Position numbers and translations under genes: made by a program. DNA of 49,979 nucleotides, counting the filler, from Stramenopiles sp. TOSAG23-2 (taxonomy: Eukaryota): assembly GCA_900128395.1 (NCBI GenBank). It is 2 parts of 2 records of this genome, joined end to end, with 100 filler letters (N's around TTAATTAATTAA, not from the genome) between each part and the next. Parts side by side here need not be neighbours in the genome. Positions count along the whole stretch, not along the records: positions 1 to 25,026 come from LT649458.1; positions 25,127 to 49,979 come from LT649459.1. One strand, given 5' to 3'. The notes beneath the pieces were generated by a model. It worked only from the letters and a program-made list of their open reading frames with translations. It was not told where the DNA came from and ran no database searches. Below are positions 22,191 to 30,418 of this stretch, piece by piece (position 1 is the stretch's first letter; every line of letters starts with the position of its first letter).

Positions 22191-22967
22191 TTAAAAATTC
22201 CAATCGTGTTCCCATGAATCCAAACGTCTTGCTGGTGTTGGTGCTTCTGATACTTTAGCATCTCCAGAATCTGCTGGTGGTGCATCAAATACACCTGCCA
22301 TTGCAAGGACTACAAGTATAATGATCACAAAGATTAAAAAGACCATGCCTTTTAATTTCCAGCCTTGTACCATTTGGTGACATTTAACAGCTTTTGCCTT
22401 TTTGTTAAATCGTTCAGCATTTTCAGCTAATTGAATTGTATTTTGTTGTAATTTGTTTGTTTCGTTCAAATTTTCCAATGCTTTAGCAATATTACCACTC
22501 ATGACATTTGTAACAGCTTCCACATCTTTTGTTAATTTTGCTATTTTACTTTTTTCTTCGATTTTATCGTATTCCTTGAAAAGCTGTGCAAATTTCTTCT
22601 TGAACTTGCTATTGAAAGCACCTTCAGCTGCGTCTTGCCATTTGCCACGAAATGCTTGTTCGAACTGAGCCATAGTATCAGCAATTAAACCAGAATATGC
22701 AACACCTTCTGGTACAGCCATGGAAGTAAACGCAATGACGATTAAATCCCTTTCCCCATAAAGACATACTTTGTATCCTTCGTTTTTATTTGCCCATCCA
22801 TTTCTTTTCCCCATGTTATCTGCCATGAATGAATTGAATTTTGGTTGACTTAGGAACGCTTCAAGCTTAGCAATATATTGGTCTGAACCATATTTTGTCA
22901 ACACTACTTTCGAATTATTGTTCATGCGAACAATTGCCATGAAAAATATATGTTGAAATGTCGCCAT
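22191..22967 (-). CDS. VAMP7: Longin R-SNARE, VAMP7-like
   Basis: Longin-sized N-terminal domain, synaptobrevin coil (VEAVTNVMSGNIAKALE...AERFNKKA) and a C-terminal TM helix. Confidence 0.75.
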   Translation of the reverse strand: MATFQHIFFMAIVRMNNNSKVVLTKYGSDQYIAKLEAFLSQPKFNSFMADNMGKRNGWANKNEGYKVCLYGERDLIVIAFTSMAVPEGVAYSGLIADTMAQFEQAFRGKWQDAAEGAFNSKFKKKFAQLFKEYDKIEEKSKIAKLTKDVEAVTNVMSGNIAKALENLNETNKLQQNTIQLAENAERFNKKAKAVKCHQMVQGWKLKGMVFLIFVIIILVVLAMAGVFDAPPADSGDAKVSEAPTPARRLDSWEHDWNF

Positions 22968-23663
22968 GATGATGAAATTATAACAATACCAATGTATATA
23001 TTGGTTTTTCTTCCTTTTTTTTTGTATGTATATATATATCTATGTATATATCTGGTACTACTTTCTAACGGTGTGACTGTATATGTATATATATAAAGTA
23101 TGTGTGAGTGTGTCATATAAATCTTTTTATAGGAAGAAAAGAAGTTTATATTAGATCCATCCTTTTTTATTATTATAGGAGTGTATTACTATACGCTATA
23201 CATGTACCAATTATTGGATATTTTGGCCTATTACTAGCTTGAAATACAGTCACACAGCACTGACGACTGTTGACTAGTGCTAGTTTTAAAATTGGGACCG
23301 ACGAGTGCACGAGCAAAGTTAAAGTGCCAAAACGAGCGTGAAAAAATATTGAAGAGAAGAGATGATCGTGGTGCGATCTGGAAATTGTGCAATTCTTTTT
23401 TTTATTATTACAACACAAGCACAAAGCACAACACAACAATTAGTCTATTAATATACTGTATCCGGAGTGTTCGGCATACCTTTTCTTCAAAAGAATTATT
23501 ATAATGTAACATATATTGATAGTAAATACATACATACAATATGTAATATAGAACAGCAAGAACAAATAATCAATCAATACAGCAACATAAGATACTTTCG
23601 TATATATACATATTATATCATCACAGTTATATCCCGAATCAAACGAACATCAATAGCAACAAT

Positions 23664-24563
23664 ATGGCAGAACAAGCAAATGCACAAGCTAGTTTACATC
23701 CACTTGTATTAATCAATGTCTCTGACCATTATACACGTGTAAAAGTAAAAAAAATGAAACAAATGGAAGACGTACCGCGCGTATTTGGCATATTATTTGG
23801 TGTGCAAAAAGGCATGACAGTTGATATTATCGAATCGTATGAAATGGTATATACGATAGATGAACAAACTGGTGCAGTTAATTTCGATGCAGAATTTTTA
23901 GAAAAAAAGAAAGATTTAACAACACAAATTTTTCCAGATTTTGAAATATTGGGTTGGTATGCGACAGGGTCTGAAATCAAAGCATGTGATTTAATAACGC
24001 ATAAAGCATTTTGTGAATTCAATGAAAACCCATTGTATCTATTGATTAAACCAGATGAATTGAGTGAAGATGGAGAAACTTTGCCTATATCATTGTACGA
24101 AACGCGTACACAAATGAATACGGAGGATGGCAGTGCAAATACAATTTTTGTTAATGTTGATTTTAAAATTGATGCAATTGAACCAGAAAGAATCTGCGTT
24201 GATCATATTGCACAACAAACACCAAGTGGGAATGTACCTGCTATTGTCCCTCATTTAACCAGTCTACGCTCTGCTGTGGATACGCTTGCATCTCGTGTAG
24301 ATACATTGCGTAATTTTTTAGTTGCAACACAACAAGGTAAAATCCCGATGAATCATGCATTGGTACGGCAAGCAGTTAGTCTATGTAATCAATTACCATT
24401 GATGGAAAGCGAAGCATTGAAAGGGGAATTATTAACAGAATCGAATGATACAATGTTAGTTTCCTATTTAGCAAGTATTACTAAATGTTCAAGTCAATTG
24501 AATGAAGTTATGAGTAAATATAGCGAAGCATATACAGATCAAGCATTAAGAAACTTGCCATAA
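23664..24563 (+). CDS. CSN6: COP9 signalosome subunit 6 (MPN domain)
   Basis: LHPLVLINVSDHYTR, GILFGVQ, ILGWY, NENPLYL, ERICVDHI, ND..LVSYLASITK. Confidence 0.9.
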   Translation: MAEQANAQASLHPLVLINVSDHYTRVKVKKMKQMEDVPRVFGILFGVQKGMTVDIIESYEMVYTIDEQTGAVNFDAEFLEKKKDLTTQIFPDFEILGWYATGSEIKACDLITHKAFCEFNENPLYLLIKPDELSEDGETLPISLYETRTQMNTEDGSANTIFVNVDFKIDAIEPERICVDHIAQQTPSGNVPAIVPHLTSLRSAVDTLASRVDTLRNFLVATQQGKIPMNHALVRQAVSLCNQLPLMESEALKGELLTESNDTMLVSYLASITKCSSQLNEVMSKYSEAYTDQALRNLP

Positions 24564-25026
24564 CTGCTGTTGATTGATGGCATGTGATGAAAGAGATATA
24601 CATGTATCTTACAGTATAGCAGCCTATTAATAAATGATGCTCTTCTTTTTCTATATGTCTAATATGATCTAGTTAAATTTTTTTTTTATTATTATTATTT
24701 TTTTTTTATATAATATTAATACCACACCATATTATCTTCTTTTTTTTTTTTGATATTACTACCAGGTATTGTAATTATTGGAACAACCAGCAGGTATTTA
24801 GTAGACTATGGTGGTTATTATACAGGTATTAGTGGGTGTGGTATTAATAATTATTATAACCCCTCAACAAATAAAATGCTTATATAATATATCATAATAA
24901 ATATGATAATGATAAAATGCCATTCCATTACATATCAAAAATAATCATATATAATGCAGTACTAAACAAATAACACAAATTAGGAGGTCATGTATTGTAT
25001 TTCCAAACAATATATACCACGAAATG

Positions 25027-25126
25027 NNNNNNNNNNNNNNNNNNNNNNNNNNNNNNNNNNNNNNNNNNNNTTAATTAATTAANNNNNNNNNNNNNNNNNN
25101 NNNNNNNNNNNNNNNNNNNNNNNNNN
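25027..25126. other. Artificial scaffold linker / assembly gap
   Basis: 44 N + TTAATTAATTAA + 44 N = exactly 100 nt. The 12-mer places stop codons in all six frames. Confidence 0.95.
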
Positions 25127-25521
25127 AAGGCAAAATTATTAGTCACGAAAAAAGCCAAAACTCGTTGCCAACTTCATACGGCACGATAATATTACAAATT
25201 AAAATAATAATGGATTTGTGTGGTCCGGTGGTCCTGAAAAACATATACCAGATTAGAAAATATAGATTTAATGAGAACCGATGCAAATAGGGGAAATGGA
25301 CATAGTAATATATACATTCGATGAGATATAGAAAAAGGAACGAATAAAAATAGTTATATTCACACATTATACATACATATATACATTTATTCTATTGTAA
25401 TTAGAAGAAAAATTCGAATTAGCAATATATATATATATACACACACATTCAAATTATAATAAATCAATTTTATAATTTATAAACAAAAAAAAAACACACA
25501 CGCGCACACACAAAATAAAAT

Positions 25522-27045
25522 ATGGCAATTCATTTAAGAGGTAGTGGAATTACTTTGGATAAAATTGTAAAAAGGTCAACTGAACCTAGAAAAACAAACA
25601 TTGTATGTACTATGGGTCCATCTTGCTGGGATGTGGAGAAATTAGTCGAGCTTATTGATAGTGGTATGGGTATTGCACGTTTAAATTTTTCACATGGTAA
25701 TCATGAATCACATGCACAAGTTATTAAAAATTTACATAAAGCATTAAGGCAAAGGCCACGTGCACAAGTTGCTGTTATGTTGGATACCAAAGGTCCAGAA
25801 ATACGTACAGGATTTTTTAGGAAAGATATTTTGGAAAATGGTGGTAAGATTCATTTAAAAGCTGGTCAAGATTTGGAAATTGTCACGGATTATGATTTTT
25901 TAGGCGATGAAAATACATTAGCATGTTCGTATCCAAATTTACCACAATCATGCAAAGTTGGACAAATGGTATTAGCAGCAGATGGAACATTAGTTATGAC
26001 AGTAAAAGAAGTGAAAGAAACATCGGTAATTATGAAAGTCATGGGTGATGCAACCATTGGGGAACGTAAAAACATGAATTTGCCTGGCGTACCTGTTGAT
26101 TTGCCAGTCGTTACGGAAAAAGATCGTAAAGATTTGATAGATTTTGGATTGGCACAACCAATTGATATGATTGCATTGTCTTTCACGCAAAAAGGTGCTG
26201 ATATTGATGTAGTACGTGAAATTTTAGGTGAAGCAGGGGAACATATTAAAATTATCTGTAAAATTGAAAATCAAGAAGGTTTAGAAAATTTCAATGAAAT
26301 TTTAGACAAAGCTGATGGTATCATGGTTGCAAGAGGTGATTTAGGAATGGAAATTCCACCTGAAAAAGTATTTTTAGCACAGAAAATGATGATCCGACGA
26401 TGCAATATTGTTGGTAAACCATGTATTACTGCTACGCAAATGCTTGAAAGTATGTGTAGCAATCCACGCCCAACACGTGCTGAATGTACTGATGTTGCCA
26501 ATGCTGTTTTAGATGGCAGTGATTGTGTAATGTTAAGTGGGGAAACGGCTGGTGGAAAATATCCAGTACGTGCGGTTCAAATGATGGCGCATGTATGCCG
26601 TGAAGCTGAGATGTGTATTAATTACAGCTCCGTTTATCTTGCCGTACGTGGTTCAACGATGGAAGAAGTTGGTGCGATGAATACACCAGAAGCGATTGCA
26701 TCATCTGCTGTGAAAACTGCTATGGATATGAATGCGAAAATGTTAATTGTATTGACTGAATCTGGTAATACTGCAAGACTTGTCGCAAAATATCGTCCTG
26801 AACAACCTATATTAGTATTGACACCAAATCGACATGTTGCAAGGCAATCATGTGGTTTATTACGTGGTTGCACGGCACATGTTGTTGGTAGTATGATTGG
26901 TACAGATGGTATTTTATTACGTGCTGCTGAAATGGGTAAAGAATATGGTTATGTGAAAACAGGTGATGCCATTGTTGCTATTCATGGCATGTTGGAAGCA
27001 AGATCTGGTGCAACAAATATGTTGAAAGTATTGACGGTGCCATAA
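25522..27045 (+). CDS. PYK: Pyruvate kinase
   Basis: RKTNIVCTMGP, ARLNFSHG, DTKGPEIRTG, KIENQEG, MVARGDLGMEIP, ATQMLESM, MLSGETA. Confidence 0.98.
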   Translation: MAIHLRGSGITLDKIVKRSTEPRKTNIVCTMGPSCWDVEKLVELIDSGMGIARLNFSHGNHESHAQVIKNLHKALRQRPRAQVAVMLDTKGPEIRTGFFRKDILENGGKIHLKAGQDLEIVTDYDFLGDENTLACSYPNLPQSCKVGQMVLAADGTLVMTVKEVKETSVIMKVMGDATIGERKNMNLPGVPVDLPVVTEKDRKDLIDFGLAQPIDMIALSFTQKGADIDVVREILGEAGEHIKIICKIENQEGLENFNEILDKADGIMVARGDLGMEIPPEKVFLAQKMMIRRCNIVGKPCITATQMLESMCSNPRPTRAECTDVANAVLDGSDCVMLSGETAGGKYPVRAVQMMAHVCREAEMCINYSSVYLAVRGSTMEEVGAMNTPEAIASSAVKTAMDMNAKMLIVLTESGNTARLVAKYRPEQPILVLTPNRHVARQSCGLLRGCTAHVVGSMIGTDGILLRAAEMGKEYGYVKTGDAIVAIHGMLEARSGATNMLKVLTVP

Positions 27046-27320
27046 TAAAATAAAATTGTTGAGATTTGGGGAAATAAAAAAAATAAAATTTTGAGAAATT
27101 TTGCGGGGGATGCCGAAGATTTGTAAGAGTTAAGAGAGGGGCAAGTGTTGTATTAAAATGTAATATATATTCTAGTATGTTTTGATACATGACGTACCAA
27201 AAGTAGGGTCTTCTATCTAGTGTTTGATAAATGAAACATGTGAAAAAAATATCATATTCGAGGAGTATTAAATACGTATTTTATAATTCCCATTTTTTTT
27301 ATTTTTTTATATTAATATAT

Positions 27321-27671
27321 TTATCGTCTATCGATCATTTTTGAAGAACGGAAAAATGTAGAATGTTGCTTTTGTTGAAATGTTTGATTTGAATTATTGT
27401 TATCTGGCCCACATATCCATCGATAAGGTGGTAAACATATCGGATATCCAAAAATTGGATCATCATAACATGTATATGTTTTATTACAACATGATCCTGG
27501 ACCTTCTCCTGATGGTGATAAAATACATCTCAAACAATTTTGAAATGGACAACTTGGTGGTGATATAATAGTATCATTTTTCAAATTGGTTGCATTTGTA
27601 GACGAAACGACTAATATAATTAAAACTGTACATAAATATATACATTTCTTTACTTGGCGATTATATTTCAT
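27321..27671 (-). CDS. Small secreted cysteine-rich protein (116 aa)
   Basis: ATG at 27671, then a hydrophobic signal-like segment (CIYLCTVLIILVVSSTNA) and an 8-Cys domain containing a CC doublet. Confidence 0.55.
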   Translation of the reverse strand: MKYNRQVKKCIYLCTVLIILVVSSTNATNLKNDTIISPPSCPFQNCLRCILSPSGEGPGSCCNKTYTCYDDPIFGYPICLPPYRWICGPDNNNSNQTFQQKQHSTFFRSSKMIDRR

Positions 27672-28400
27672 TGTATTAAATGAGATGATGATGATGAAAG
27701 CATATATTGTTTTCTTTCGTTTTCTATCACTCACACACCGATTTTAACATATATATAGCTTGAACTTATCTGGACCATTTTCATGAATTTTTTGGTGTTA
27801 TTTATTGTTCATTGTCTGTTCGATATGGAACTTATATCGACGAAATATGACCATATTTTGTTATCTAATGCTGTGATGATATAAATTTTTAAAACAATAG
27901 TATATAATGCAATCATTATCACTGGAAAAAAATGGAAAAAGAAGTAACTTTACAAGGTGACGAACACACGAACACACACCCCCCTTGGCTTTTCGAGGAG
28001 GTGGGGAAGATTGGTCACTTTTCGTAGAAAAAGCCTCGATCCTTTTTTTTATAGAAAAAAATATATAATAATAAATATATACATATATATTAATATATGA
28101 ATGTTTTCATCATTGTCATTCATCAATAGAAGAAGTGTAGTATTTGTATTTTATACATTTGTAAATCTCTTTTTTTATACATATTATATATTATAAGAAG
28201 AATTATATAAAAAGATTAGTGGAGATATATATATAAATACGTACATATATATAAACACTGTGTATATTAGGAAATTTTTATATTACACATTTTAGAAAAA
28301 TTAAATTATAATAGTTCTTCGAAGAACAATCATCATATATATATAATATATATAAATATATACACACTATTTGTGAAATATATATATATATATATACATA

Positions 28401-29477
28401 ATGAGATCAACCATTCATTCTATTCTATTCAACGTAATAGTATTATCGTTATTTATCTCATATGTAGTAGTTGCAATCAAAGTCGAAGATAGTAAAAGTA
28501 ATAATAATCATAATCATAATATATGGTCCCCTGTACCTACTATATTTTGGACATTTGATAAGACAAATAAAGTAAATACAGTAACTGCACCTAAATATGA
28601 AAATGATATTTTATCAATGGATACTGTCGTTGAAAGGTTTAATACGCAGTTATTTAATAACAATGCAGCAAAGCATTTAATCATAGGCTTTTTATATGAT
28701 AAATTGAACACACAAGAATTTTCTAAATATATTGGTGCGTATCATACAAAAAATAGTAATAAAATTGGTGAGAAAATTATGAAAGAGGCAAAATCGACGT
28801 TGGTATTACCATATACTGAACGTCCATCATCGATTGAAGCAGGTAATAATCAAATACCATTTTACGGTATGTTGCAAGCAAATGCTGAAGCGAAAGGGTG
28901 GTATGCACATGAACTTTCTGTAACAAGCTTGTTTACAAAAGCAGATTTAAATAAATTGTTAACAAAACATCAACGTGTTTATTTAACAATACGTATGCCA
29001 TCATCATCATCAAGCGAAGAGAAATCGATTTCTTCTATGTATTCCAGTATATTCGCTATGTTGAAAGATGTTGGTCAATATTCCGCATTTATTACTGGGG
29101 AAACATCAGAAATGATTCCATTAAACGTTGGAAAATCAATTTTAATAGATGATGATGACGAATCTTCTATTTTCGTGGAAATGGCTGAATTATCTGGACG
29201 AAGATCATTGGCAGATATGAATGAAAAAGCGGAAGTACCACAGAAAATAACTGCATATGTGCCAACAACCCCGGAAACAATGGCTGCTACATTGATTATG
29301 TTGTTTTTATTTTATGTTTTATGGGCAGCAATTGGATGTATGACAGCAATACCATCTGCACAAAAAATGTTCCAACAACCACCAGGACCAAAAGATGGAG
29401 ATCCACAATATGCAAATACTGTTAATGAAGGTAAAAGGTATTATCCATACAGAAATTTACCACAGAAAGAATATTAA
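28401..29477 (+). CDS. V-ATPase accessory subunit Ac45/VOA1-like type I membrane protein
   Basis: Signal peptide, luminal domain, RRSL motif, then TPETMAATLIMLFLFYVLWAAIGCMTAI resembling the Ac45/VOA1 TM segment. Confidence 0.6.
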   Translation: MRSTIHSILFNVIVLSLFISYVVVAIKVEDSKSNNNHNHNIWSPVPTIFWTFDKTNKVNTVTAPKYENDILSMDTVVERFNTQLFNNNAAKHLIIGFLYDKLNTQEFSKYIGAYHTKNSNKIGEKIMKEAKSTLVLPYTERPSSIEAGNNQIPFYGMLQANAEAKGWYAHELSVTSLFTKADLNKLLTKHQRVYLTIRMPSSSSSEEKSISSMYSSIFAMLKDVGQYSAFITGETSEMIPLNVGKSILIDDDDESSIFVEMAELSGRRSLADMNEKAEVPQKITAYVPTTPETMAATLIMLFLFYVLWAAIGCMTAIPSAQKMFQQPPGPKDGDPQYANTVNEGKRYYPYRNLPQKEY

Positions 29478-29823
29478 AAAAAGATGTGTGTGTGTGTGTG
29501 AATTGTTAGTAGTGAGAGAGAGGAAAATGATTCTTGTGATATGAATACTATAACACATACGCGTCAAATATTTATGTACGGGTAGAAAGAAGAGTCGGTA
29601 TATTACTAGCGAGTGGTACACCACGTGCACCAATTATTAAGAAAAAAAGATTTAAAACACCTAAAATATATGATACGAGTATTTATATTTAAAAAAAGAT
29701 TAATATCATACTCGAATATTAAAATACGAACCCTATAAAACAAAAAATACAGCCCACAAGGATCTTCTTTTTCTTCGTATTTTTTTCTAATTTTCTTTTT
29801 ATTTTTAAAATTAAAAATACATG

Positions 29824-29878
29824 CATGTATTTAAGATTTCACGAGTCAGGGTACGAAAACACCACATCACAGGCAACT
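29824..29878 (+). repeat. 55-bp direct repeat, left copy (upstream of GH86 gene)
   Basis: CATGTATTTAAGATTTCACGAGTCAGGGTACGAAAACACCACATCACAGGCAACT; 51/55 identical to 33577-33631. Confidence 0.95.
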
Positions 29879-30418
29879 ATTAAAACAAATAATCCAGGAT
29901 CTTTTTCTCTATTTCTAATTTCTTTTTATAAAATCCAAGTTAGGGCCTAACTGTGGCGGCCAGCTGGGCCAGCCCAGCCAGCAGAATACTGGCAGACCGC
30001 AGACTATAATATTTCAACTATATATTCTAATTCGAACTTTAACTTTACCAGGCCAGCAGCCAGCAGATATAGCTATTAATAGCTATAATAATAACTGGCT
30101 AACCAGCTGGCCAGCTTAAGCTAGCTATTAATAGCTAACTTTAACTTCTTTATTCTTGTTGGATAATAATAATAATAATAAAATATACCGTACTTTAGTT
30201 GAAACTTATTATTATTATACTAGTAATAATTATTACTATTAATAATAATTATTAATTATTTCAAAAAATAATAATGTGGTATTATAATAATCAGAAATCA
30301 GAAGAGAGGTATATAATAATATAATAATTTCATTAGCAGAATATATAATTCTAGAATAATAGTGCAATAATAAGAATAATAATTAAAAACATCAGCAGCC
30401 ATATCAAAATATATTTAA

